From Candidatus Latescibacterota bacterium (GTDB taxonomy: Bacteria > Latescibacterota > UBA2968), in assembly GCA_965204375.1 (NCBI GenBank), contig OZ241986.1:4704001-4768000 (forward strand): a stretch of DNA of 64,000 nt. Reading direction: 5' to 3'. A program made the translations under genes and the position numbers. A model generated the notes under the pieces. It made no database searches, was not told the origin of the DNA, and saw only the letters and a list, made by a program, of their open reading frames with translations. Shown here one piece after another: positions 16,747 through 25,240 of the stretch (positions are counted from its first letter, which is position 1; the number at the start of each line of letters is the position of its first letter).

Positions 16747-18981
16747 TCATTTCATGTCGAGGAGTTGGATGCTGAGATAAGAGGGTCGTTGAGAGGGTAA
16801 GAGGATGGCGCAGATTGTACTTTTGCCATGGATCAGGAGGTCGCGTTCGTCGGGATGGAGCAGGGCGCAGGTTTCCGATATGGGTGCGGCGTGTTGCCTG
16901 ACGCGGAGGCTGCGGATGAGTTGGCCGTTGATGAAGATCTGGCAGTCGGCAGATGAGGTGACGTAGAATAGGGGTTTATTGGGGCGCTGGTTCAGGTCGA
17001 TGGTGGTGCGGAGATAGATGGGCACGTCCGATGTGGTCCCTTCTGTTGTGCCAAAAGGGCCTTTGCCCGAGTTCCAGGATGCATCGTCGAAGAGGATTTG
17101 ACACCAGTCGCCGCCGCAGTTTGGCAGATTGGCGCGGGGCGAGGTGTGTATGGCGGGGAGCGTGGATACGTCGTCCGTGCTGTATCGCCATTCGGTGTGG
17201 GGACCGATGATGGTTTCAAATTGCGGGGGATTCCAGAGTGTGGCGTGGATGTTGCCGAGTTCGTCGGGGGCGATTTTGGAGATTTTGCGGTCGTAGGTGA
17301 GCCAGCCGTTGAGTTCGTGTTCGACGTCGGTGATCTGGGTATATACGACGCCGTTGAGGGGCGTGAGGCCGACCATTGCGCGGAGGTTTTCTACCCAGAA
17401 GCGATAGTCGTGTTCCATCGCTTGAGGCGTCGGATATGTGGGGCGGGTGATGTCGTTGATGTGGTCGATGTGTTCGGATGGTTTTTCGTGGTCGTACCAG
17501 GTGTGTCCCGGGATGCAGAGGTTGAATCCGCCCGCTTCGCCCAGAAGGACGATGCGGTCATTGGCGCTTTGTTGTTGCGCTGTGGCCGGGTAGAAGGTGT
17601 AGTCGTGTATATCGCAGATGTCGCCCGTGCCCATGTCGGCCCAGCCGCTGGCACTGGTGACGAGGCGCGAGGGGTCGCGTTGTGCGACGTGGTCAGTGAG
17701 GCGTTCGGTGTCGTGCTGGCCCCAGCCTTCGTTGAAGATGATCCACTGGACAACACTGGGATGGTTGTGCAGCCAGTCCATGATGTTGTCAAATTCGGTC
17801 TGCCATTGTTGTGCGGCTTCGGGGGTGACGTTTTGTCCGAATTTGGGCATGCAGACCATGTCTTGCCAGACCAATAGGCCGAGCCGGTCGCAGTGATAGT
17901 ACCAGCGGTCGGGATGGGTTTTGACGTGTACGCGCACCATGTTGCAGGCGATTTGTTTCAGGTACTGGAGGTCGAAGAGGATGGCTTCGTCAGATGGTGG
18001 GGTGAGGATGCCGTCGGGCCAATAGCCCTGGTCCAGGGGACCGAGTTGAAAGATGGGTTTGTCGTTGAGGTGAAAGCGTTTGATGCCGTTTTCGTCTTCG
18101 CCGATGGCTATTTTTCGCATGCCAAAGTAGCTGTCGATTGTGTCGATGGTTTCGCCGTTGTGCTGTACTCTGACTTTGAGGTCGTAGAGGAAGGGGTGGT
18201 CCGGATGCCAGAGTTTTGCGTTTGGGATGTCGAGGGAGATGGTGCGGTCGGCCCGTCCGGTTGCTTCGGCGATTTGCCGGTTGCCGTCATAGGCGATTGT
18301 TTGAATTTGGCAATTCTCTAACCTTTCACCTGAGACAGTAATATCTATCTTTTCAGCGTCTATATCGGGTGTGAGGCGAAGGGTGCGGATGGATTGCTCT
18401 GGTACGGCTTCGAGCCAGACGGTTTGCCAGATGCCGCCGGTGGGTTGATACCGAAATCCCTGGCGGTTTTCCGGCATGATTTGTTTGCCAAGGGCCTGCG
18501 GGTGTTGCTCGGTGGCGTCCCAGCAAGAGACGATGAGTTCGTTCGCGCCGTCTGTTAAATGGTCGGTGATGTCAAAGGTGAAGGGGTCGTATCCGCCGCG
18601 GTGTTGTCCCGCGTTCTCGCCGTTGATATAGACGCTGGTTTCCCAGTCGGATGCCTGAAAATGGAGGAGTACGCGTTTGCCCGCCCATGCGTCGGGAATG
18701 GTAATATTTCGGCGGTACCAGAGACGCTGGTTCGGGCGGAGGATTTCCATGATGCCCGAGAGGGGGGCGTCTATGGCAAAGGGTACGAGGATTTGTCCCT
18801 GCCAGACATCAGGTGCGCTGGTGGTGCCGATGGGTTCGAGAGCGTAGTCCCATAGGCCGTTGAGGTTTTGCCAGTGTTGGCGCACCATTTGAGGGCGCGG
18901 GTGTTCTGGCAGGGCGTTATCGGGGGAGACGTTTTCCGCAAAAGGCGTTGAGATGTGTTTGGTCACGGGGGTCCAGGTCAT
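16747..18981 (-). CDS. glycoside hydrolase family 2
   Basis: EHPRPQMVR, NLNGLWDY, GGIWQTVWLE, GPLDQGYWPDG, IFNEGWGQ (acid/base), YTQITDVEHE. Confidence 0.92.
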   Translation of the reverse strand: MTWTPVTKHISTPFAENVSPDNALPEHPRPQMVRQHWQNLNGLWDYALEPIGTTSAPDVWQGQILVPFAIDAPLSGIMEILRPNQRLWYRRNITIPDAWAGKRVLLHFQASDWETSVYINGENAGQHRGGYDPFTFDITDHLTDGANELIVSCWDATEQHPQALGKQIMPENRQGFRYQPTGGIWQTVWLEAVPEQSIRTLRLTPDIDAEKIDITVSGERLENCQIQTIAYDGNRQIAEATGRADRTISLDIPNAKLWHPDHPFLYDLKVRVQHNGETIDTIDSYFGMRKIAIGEDENGIKRFHLNDKPIFQLGPLDQGYWPDGILTPPSDEAILFDLQYLKQIACNMVRVHVKTHPDRWYYHCDRLGLLVWQDMVCMPKFGQNVTPEAAQQWQTEFDNIMDWLHNHPSVVQWIIFNEGWGQHDTERLTDHVAQRDPSRLVTSASGWADMGTGDICDIHDYTFYPATAQQQSANDRIVLLGEAGGFNLCIPGHTWYDHEKPSEHIDHINDITRPTYPTPQAMEHDYRFWVENLRAMVGLTPLNGVVYTQITDVEHELNGWLTYDRKISKIAPDELGNIHATLWNPPQFETIIGPHTEWRYSTDDVSTLPAIHTSPRANLPNCGGDWCQILFDDASWNSGKGPFGTTEGTTSDVPIYLRTTIDLNQRPNKPLFYVTSSADCQIFINGQLIRSLRVRQHAAPISETCALLHPDERDLLIHGKSTICAILLPSQRPSYLSIQLLDMK

Positions 18982-18984
18982 CTC

Positions 18985-20394
18985 TCAAGCTACCTTTTTG
19001 GGTCTTCTTTGTGTCTGACCTCTGGGTTCGCTGTCCCAGCGCAGTGCCTGGAGGCGATGCATGGCGGCTCTGAGTGCTTCGGGCGTGCCAATGCGATAGA
19101 GGCCGTGTACTGCGAATCCGCGAACGTAGTGGTTGCCATCGCGCATGGCGTCTGCCAATTCGGGAATGGCTTCTTCGGCATGGATGCCCAATCGCGCGAG
19201 GGAGAGGGCGGCGTTGCGTCGCACAAAGTCGCTTTCATCTGTGGCGAGGATGTCGGCGAGCGGGCGCACGGCTTCCGTGGTGTTCTGGCTTGTGGTGCCC
19301 AGGGATTCTGCGGCATGGGCGCGTGTGTCTTCGTCGGTGTCCTGTAGCAGGGCGATGAGGTCGGGCGTGGCTGATTTTGCTCGCAAGCCCAGGTCGCCGA
19401 GCACATCGACTGCGCGCATGCGGATTTTTGGGTCCGGATTTTTGGTGAGTTCGAGCAGTGCGGGTACGGCGACTTCGCCGACGTTTGTGAACCCGTATCC
19501 GGCGTTTCGCGGCGGGTTCTCATCTTCCGTGTCGCTGAGTGCGCCGATCATGGCGGGAATCGCTTTTTCGCCCTGTAATCCGAGGGTGTAGGACGCATTG
19601 AGGGCGGCGGCTTCGTCGAGATTGGCGAGTTGCTCGCTCAGGGTTTCGATTGATGCTCCGTTGCTCGCGTGTTCGGGCGCTTTGCCCAGGTGCCAATCCC
19701 ACATGGCCTGCCAGGTAGGTTCTTGTGGATCGTCGGATGCGACCCAGGTTTCGTCGCTGTGATCCCATGTCGGTTCGGTAGGCTCGGTCATGCGTGTGAA
19801 CAGGAATTTGACCATGTGGCGCGTGATGTCTGTGTAGTTGGCTTCTTTTTTGTGGAGGATGTCGTAGTGGATGAGTGCGACGGTTCCCGCGGGTCCCGCT
19901 GTGAAGAGGTGTTCTCCTTCCTGGTCGCGGGCGGTGATGTATTGCGATCTGGGGGTTACGCTGGTCGGTCCCATTTCGCGGGGTGTATCCTGGGGGTAGT
20001 ACATGGCCATCATCCAGCGACAGTGGTGATGGCGGCGGTTTTGATCGGCGCAAAATCGGCTGTTGTGCAAGCTGTCTTTGTGCATGGTGCGCGCATCGCT
20101 ACCGGGCCGGCTTTCGTGAACGTGGCGGTGCAGGTGCAGATAATAATCGGGTCCGAGGATGCTGGAAAATGCGCCGTGTACAATGGGGTGGTCCCATACG
20201 TCTTGCAGTTCTGGTACAGCGGGGAGGAGGTTGTTGCCGGGATTTCTGCCGCTGTTTTTTTCAAAGGCGTCGTCGATGCGTTTATAGACTTTTTCGTGAA
20301 ATCCCTCCGGGAAGTCGGGGTGGAGGATCAAATATCCGTCGCGGATGAATTGCTGCATTTGCGCGTCGGTCAATAAAACGGGTTTGTCTGCCAT
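18985..20394 (-). CDS. phytanoyl-CoA dioxygenase (PhyH) family protein fused to HEAT repeats
   Basis: FIRDGYL, HKD...H facial triad, GPT; C-terminal HEAT units (VRRNAALSLARLG...AIPELADAM). Start ATG 20394 has GAAAGGA RBS. Confidence 0.85.
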   Translation of the reverse strand: MADKPVLLTDAQMQQFIRDGYLILHPDFPEGFHEKVYKRIDDAFEKNSGRNPGNNLLPAVPELQDVWDHPIVHGAFSSILGPDYYLHLHRHVHESRPGSDARTMHKDSLHNSRFCADQNRRHHHCRWMMAMYYPQDTPREMGPTSVTPRSQYITARDQEGEHLFTAGPAGTVALIHYDILHKKEANYTDITRHMVKFLFTRMTEPTEPTWDHSDETWVASDDPQEPTWQAMWDWHLGKAPEHASNGASIETLSEQLANLDEAAALNASYTLGLQGEKAIPAMIGALSDTEDENPPRNAGYGFTNVGEVAVPALLELTKNPDPKIRMRAVDVLGDLGLRAKSATPDLIALLQDTDEDTRAHAAESLGTTSQNTTEAVRPLADILATDESDFVRRNAALSLARLGIHAEEAIPELADAMRDGNHYVRGFAVHGLYRIGTPEALRAAMHRLQALRWDSEPRGQTQRRPKKVA

Positions 20395-20424
20395 GTCAGT
20401 TTCCTTTCTCAAGTTATGGGTTAT

Positions 20425-20526
20425 GGGTATTTCCGCCAATAATTCCTTGGTTTTCGCCGCATTGTAAGCCCGACGTTCGGGTGTCATGCGGGCGCGAAGT
20501 TTTTCAAAAGGATGGTGTCCGTTCAT
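20425..20526 (-). pseudogene. 5' fragment of an XRE/HigA-type antitoxin gene, in frame with the PhyH-HEAT gene
   Basis: MNGHHPFEKLRARMTPERRAYNAAKTKELLAEI resembles the N-terminus of XRE antitoxins; the HTH is absent. Confidence 0.5.
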
Positions 20527-20614
20527 GGAATTAGTCCTTACAGATAATTCTTGGACACATAAATATTTCATAATACCTCTATTTAATCAAGCACATTTTA
20601 TTTCTGAACGCACG

Positions 20615-21397
20615 CTATAATTGCAACGCGATACTGCCCTGATTTTTCTCATTGAGCCTGTCCATGTAATCCTTGCGCTCAAAGAATTGGTTGGTGTCGT
20701 AGAGAAAGGCGTATTTGCCGTTTCGATCACAGCCGGTTTCGAGGGCGACGCGGTTGATTTCGGCGATGTTGGGATAGGAGGGCCAGAGGACGCCTTCTTC
20801 GCAGTAGGAGGTGTCGATAAAGTAGCGTTTGTAAATGCCGCCGCCGGGTTTGGGTCGGCGGGCGTGTTGCAGGGCGGAGTGGACGATGATGATGGAGCCG
20901 GGGGCCAGGCTGTCGATGGTGCGCGAGCCGGGCAGGTCTTCGAATTGAAATTGGCGATAGGCGTCGTTGGCCATGACTTTTTTGTGGGTGCCGGGCATGA
21001 CGAGGAGGTCGCCCACTTCGCCGTTCAGGCCGTCCATGTACATGAATACGTGAACCATCAGGTGCGAGCGATTTGTTTGCGGGAGTTGTGCATAATCTTG
21101 ATGCCACGCTACCCCGCGTTCTCCGGGCAGTTGCCATCGGGCGTGGATGTGGTGATGAACGAATTTTTTGCCTTTCATCAGATCGGCTACGCGATCTACA
21201 ACACCGGGTTCAGATGTGAGCAGGCCGAGTTCGGGGTACGCCATGAGCATGGGGCGTTCACCTTTTTCGCGGTCGATCATGAGTTGATCGACGTCGGCTT
21301 TGATGCGCTCGTTGAGGTCGTGGTCGAAGATGCCTTCGAATACGAGGTATCCCTCTTCGTCGAATTGGGCGATTTCGTCGGGTGTGAGGTGGTTCAT
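20615..21397 (-). CDS. phytanoyl-CoA dioxygenase (PhyH) family protein
   Basis: Start ATG 21397 overlaps the sulfatase stop (ATGA); FDEEGYL, WHQD, MPGTHK, HSALQH. Confidence 0.88.
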   Translation of the reverse strand: MNHLTPDEIAQFDEEGYLVFEGIFDHDLNERIKADVDQLMIDREKGERPMLMAYPELGLLTSEPGVVDRVADLMKGKKFVHHHIHARWQLPGERGVAWHQDYAQLPQTNRSHLMVHVFMYMDGLNGEVGDLLVMPGTHKKVMANDAYRQFQFEDLPGSRTIDSLAPGSIIIVHSALQHARRPKPGGGIYKRYFIDTSYCEEGVLWPSYPNIAEINRVALETGCDRNGKYAFLYDTNQFFERKDYMDRLNEKNQGSIALQL

Positions 21398-22884
21398 GAG
21401 TTTCCCTCCAAATAGGCGTGAGCCAGATGCATATCGGGGTTGCCGTGGGCAAAATTGCCGTCGCAGGCCCTGAGGAGTTGGCGGGCGAGTTGATCGACTT
21501 TGTCGGGATATTCGGCGGCGAGGTCGTTTTCTTCCCGGTAGTCGTCCAGGATGTTGTAGAGTTGGAAGCTGTTGGTTTTGTTGATGTGGCGCAATTTCCA
21601 GCCGTCGGCTGTGGTGAGTGCGGGACCGAGGCGCGAGGAAAAGACGACGGGTGCGTGGGGGCGTTGCTCTTTGCCCAGGAGGATGGGCAAGAAGGATTCG
21701 CCGTCTTTCCAGTCGGGTGTTTCCTGCCCTGTGAGATCGGATAGTGTGGGCATAAAATCGTAATTGGCGATCATGTGATCGGTTGTGCAGGGAGAGATGC
21801 GACCGGGCCAGCGTGCGATGTAGGGCAGGCGGGTGCCGCCTTCCCAGCTCGTCCATTTGAGGCCGGCCATGCCGTCGTTGCCATTGAAGATGTCGCCGCT
21901 TTGTTCTGTTGTGTGTCGGGTGGTGATGTCGTCATAGCGGATGCCGTCGAGGCTTTGTCTTTTGACGGTGCGACCTTGTTGTGCGGCGTAGATTTCGTGG
22001 CCGTTGTCAGAGCTGAAGAAGACGATGGTGTTGTCGGCAATGCCGAGCGCGTCGAGTTCGTCGAGGATGATGCCGACGGTGTCGTCGAGGCGAAGAATCA
22101 TGGATGCGTATTCTTTTTCAAATCCTGTGAGTTCTGGCGCGTCTTTTACGCCCGGGTGAATTTCGGGAACGGAGATGGGTCCGTGGGGCAGTTGTGAGGG
22201 GTGGAAGAGGAAGAAGGGTTGGTTGCGATGTTTGCGGAGGAAATCGACGATTTTGTCGTTGAAGAGGTCCTGAGAGTAGGTGATTTTCCCGGTCATGTCG
22301 TGGCGGATGGCCGCGTTTTCCGGAGATTCTGAACCGGGGTGGTTGCCGCAGTCGGGATGGGTGTTGCCGGGTATTTCGACGATGTCGCCATTTTCAAAGA
22401 GGAATGGCGGATAGAAGCCATGACAGAGTTGATGGTCGTAGTAGCCGTAGTGGTAATCCCAGCCGTGCCTACGAATGCGTTCTGGTGTTGTGGCAAAGCC
22501 CCATTCGAGTTTGCCAATTTGTCCCGTGACATAGCCAGCGCGTTGCGCGATTTGCGCGAGAAAGACTTCGTCGGGGCGTTCTTGAAGACCGGTGTTGTTG
22601 ATGAGTTCGGCAATGTGTCCAAAGGTCGCGGTGCCTTCGGCCATGGGGCGGTAGAGACCGCCTCTGGTGAAGGTCCATCGGCCCGCGTGTGCGTCGTGAT
22701 AGCCGGTCATGAGGCTGGCGCGCGCCGGGGCGCAAAAGATGCAGCCATAGGCGCGGGTGAATTGCAGGCCTTCGCGGGCGAGGCGGTCGATATTGGGGGT
22801 TTGAAAGTGTTTCTGGCCGTAGCAGGAGAGCATGCCGCGGCCGAGGTCGTCGCCGTAGATGTAGATGATGTTGGGATTGGACAT
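21394..22884 (-). CDS. arylsulfatase (S1, Cys-type)
   Basis: NIIYIYGDDLG, CAPARASLMTG, WEGGTRLP. Confidence 0.93.
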   Translation of the reverse strand: MSNPNIIYIYGDDLGRGMLSCYGQKHFQTPNIDRLAREGLQFTRAYGCIFCAPARASLMTGYHDAHAGRWTFTRGGLYRPMAEGTATFGHIAELINNTGLQERPDEVFLAQIAQRAGYVTGQIGKLEWGFATTPERIRRHGWDYHYGYYDHQLCHGFYPPFLFENGDIVEIPGNTHPDCGNHPGSESPENAAIRHDMTGKITYSQDLFNDKIVDFLRKHRNQPFFLFHPSQLPHGPISVPEIHPGVKDAPELTGFEKEYASMILRLDDTVGIILDELDALGIADNTIVFFSSDNGHEIYAAQQGRTVKRQSLDGIRYDDITTRHTTEQSGDIFNGNDGMAGLKWTSWEGGTRLPYIARWPGRISPCTTDHMIANYDFMPTLSDLTGQETPDWKDGESFLPILLGKEQRPHAPVVFSSRLGPALTTADGWKLRHINKTNSFQLYNILDDYREENDLAAEYPDKVDQLARQLLRACDGNFAHGNPDMHLAHAYLEGNS

Positions 22885-22895
22885 GGAAGTTCCTT

Positions 22896-23945
22896 TTATA
22901 GTTCGGTCACGTCGATGGCCCTGCGCTGTGTTGTTGCCTGGTGCGCGGCGTGAATGAGCGAGAGGTTGTGGCGGGCGTGTTCGGCAGTGATTGGAGGCGG
23001 TTTGCCTTCTGCGAGTGCTTTGAAGGTGACGGCAAAATAGTTGGCGTGTCCAGCGCGGGACAGGGCGTCATTGTCGAGGCCATGGTCGAGGTCAACGGGT
23101 TGCCATCTGCGGTCGGCTTTGTCGAGGTAGCGGAGTTCGCGCCCGCGCCCGACAATGCGGATGCCATGCGTGCGGGTATAGACTTCGCAGGTACTCTGGT
23201 CGCCGCCGGGCATGCCCCAGGATGTCGAGACGGTGGAGATTGCGCCGTTTTCGTGTTCGAAGAGGAGGAAGGCGACGTCATCGACATCGAAGTCGAAGAA
23301 TTTGGTCTGTACGCGGGCTTCGACGTAGCGCACGGGTGAGCCGATCATGGTTTCGACGAGGTAAATTTCGTGGTACGCAGTGTCGCCGATACACCCGCCG
23401 CCGGCTGCTTTTGATGCGCGCCAGACGCTGTTGGGGTCGGCCTGGTCTTCTGTTTTTCCAGCGAGGGAGAGGGCGCGACCCGTTTGGGGTGTGCCTGTGT
23501 TTTCTTCGCGCAATAGTCTGAGGGCTTCTGCGGTGCCGGGTGTGTAGAGGAAGTTGTGTACGATGGCGTAGGGGACGTTGTGTTTTTTTACGGCGTCGAG
23601 GAGTTGATCGGCCTCTTCGAGGGATGTTGCCATGGGTTTTTCCGAGATGATGGCGACGCCCGCTTGCGCGGCTTCGATGACGTGTTCGGCGTGCAGGTGA
23701 TGGGGGGTGGCGATGATGACGGCGTCGAGTTCGGCGCGGGCGAGCATGTGGCGATGGTCTTCGTAGCGTTGTTCTGATACGATGTCTGCTGCTGTGCCAA
23801 CGCGGTTTCTGTTTTCGGGGATGGGGTCGGCAATTGCCGAGATGGTTACGAGGTCGGGGATGCCGAGCAGGCCCTGGAGATGGGATTTCTGGACGATGCC
23901 GCCGCAGCCGATCAGGCCCAGGCGGATGTTTTGTTCACGGGGCAT
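22896..23945 (-). CDS. Gfo/Idh/MocA family oxidoreductase
   Basis: GLIGCGGI Rossmann motif, ATPHHLH, SEKPMA, GGGCIGDTAYH. Confidence 0.92.
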   Translation of the reverse strand: MPREQNIRLGLIGCGGIVQKSHLQGLLGIPDLVTISAIADPIPENRNRVGTAADIVSEQRYEDHRHMLARAELDAVIIATPHHLHAEHVIEAAQAGVAIISEKPMATSLEEADQLLDAVKKHNVPYAIVHNFLYTPGTAEALRLLREENTGTPQTGRALSLAGKTEDQADPNSVWRASKAAGGGCIGDTAYHEIYLVETMIGSPVRYVEARVQTKFFDFDVDDVAFLLFEHENGAISTVSTSWGMPGGDQSTCEVYTRTHGIRIVGRGRELRYLDKADRRWQPVDLDHGLDNDALSRAGHANYFAVTFKALAEGKPPPITAEHARHNLSLIHAAHQATTQRRAIDVTEL

Positions 23946-25020
23946 TGTGACGATTCCTTTCTGCGATTTTCTGTGCGATGTATTCCGCGTCGCGTCCCAC
24001 GCCGCGCAGGAGATGTGATCCGACGGTGTGTTGAAATTTCAAGCCGACGAAGAACAGGCCGGGGATACAGACGCCGCGTTTGTGAATGGGTCCGTTTTTG
24101 TCAAATGCGGTTTCGGGATGATGTACGCGGATAAATTTGTGGTCGGGTCTAAAGCCGGTACACCATAAGACGGTCAGGTTTTTCAGGCTGACTATTTCGC
24201 CGTCGGCACAGATGATTCCGCGATGGTCGGTATCTATTACGCGACCGACCCGTTGTACGCCATAGTGTTTTGAAAGCCAGCGCGGCGATGGTGCCATGGC
24301 GGGGTCGCCTCCTTGCCATTGGTGCATAATACGTCGCCCGATCAGCGTTTGTCGCTGGATTTCAAATATTGGGAGCAGGCGCGAGAATACGCCAATGGGG
24401 ATGCCCAGAATTGACCAGGGGACGACGCCGTTGCCGCTGAGTGCAAATGAGAGGGTTTCAAAACGATCCGACTGTGCCAGGTCCAGGCAGATTTGAACGC
24501 CACTGCTGCCGCTGCCGACGATGAGGACGTTTGGCGTTGTGATCTGGTCGGGGTTTCGATAGGCTGACGAGTGTAGCTGAGGGGTTGATTGCGGCAGTTT
24601 TTTGGCAGTGTCTGGTATAAAGGGTTGGGCAGCATGCCCGGTGCAGATGGCGACGTTGGTTGTTTGATAGGTTTCGGTTGCTGTATGGACGTTCCAGGTT
24701 CCTTCTCCTTCGGCGACCTGGGTAACGGTGACGCCTTCTTTTAATGGGGGATTGACCATCTGGCGATACGTCTGGAAATAGTCGAGTGCTTCCTCGCGTG
24801 TGGCGGTGTCGTACCAGGCTTTGTGCGGTGCAAACGATTTTTGCATGCCGGGTAAGGTGTTCATCCAATTGGCTGTGTTCATCCGGAAGCTGTCCCAGCA
24901 GTTGTGCCAGGCAGAGAACGCCCGGTCGCGTTCCAATACGAGGTGCTCAACCCCGCGTTGTTGCAAGAAATAACTCAGTGTTATGCCGGCCTGCCCACCG
25001 CCTATAACGATGGTGTTCAT
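23935..25020 (-). CDS. flavin-containing monooxygenase-like NAD(P)/FAD oxidoreductase (CzcO-like)
   Basis: Start ATG 25020; GGGQAG, LHSSAYRNP, GSGSSGVQI, WCTGF. Confidence 0.85.
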   Translation of the reverse strand: MNTIVIGGGQAGITLSYFLQQRGVEHLVLERDRAFSAWHNCWDSFRMNTANWMNTLPGMQKSFAPHKAWYDTATREEALDYFQTYRQMVNPPLKEGVTVTQVAEGEGTWNVHTATETYQTTNVAICTGHAAQPFIPDTAKKLPQSTPQLHSSAYRNPDQITTPNVLIVGSGSSGVQICLDLAQSDRFETLSFALSGNGVVPWSILGIPIGVFSRLLPIFEIQRQTLIGRRIMHQWQGGDPAMAPSPRWLSKHYGVQRVGRVIDTDHRGIICADGEIVSLKNLTVLWCTGFRPDHKFIRVHHPETAFDKNGPIHKRGVCIPGLFFVGLKFQHTVGSHLLRGVGRDAEYIAQKIAERNRHNAP

Positions 25021-25086
25021 GATATGGTATTCCAAAAAACAAAAGTATCCGCAGATGGACGCAGATGAACGCAAATAAAAAAGTTT

Positions 25087-25146
25087 GTCATCGCGGCATG
25101 GTCCCCTGCTTAAATCGCGCAGGGGCATGCTTGAGCCGCGATCCAG
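25087..25146. repeat. REP-like nested palindrome, copy 2 (left flank of the defence island)
   Basis: GTCATCGCGGCATGGTCCCCTGCTTAAATCGCGCAGGGGCATGCTTGAGCCGCGATCCAG. Confidence 0.8.
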
Positions 25147-25240
25147 TCTATATAGACAACTGACCATCCACCATAATTCTGGCGCAGATTGCTTTCAAAC
25201 TGGTTCAAATTTTAGGTCACAGATCCCAGGTTCCGATCAC

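Noticed and set aside
20615-21856. 413-aa version of the PhyH gene, and similar extended starts at 25167, 28078, 29063 and 15307
   Set aside because: The extensions overlap neighbouring genes or repeats; downstream ATGs with an RBS or stop-start coupling fit better.
7246-24018. Many 100-260-aa overlapping ORFs on the opposite strand or in alternative frames
   Set aside because: Low-complexity R/V/G-rich translations expected from GC-rich codon bias in the real minus-strand genes.
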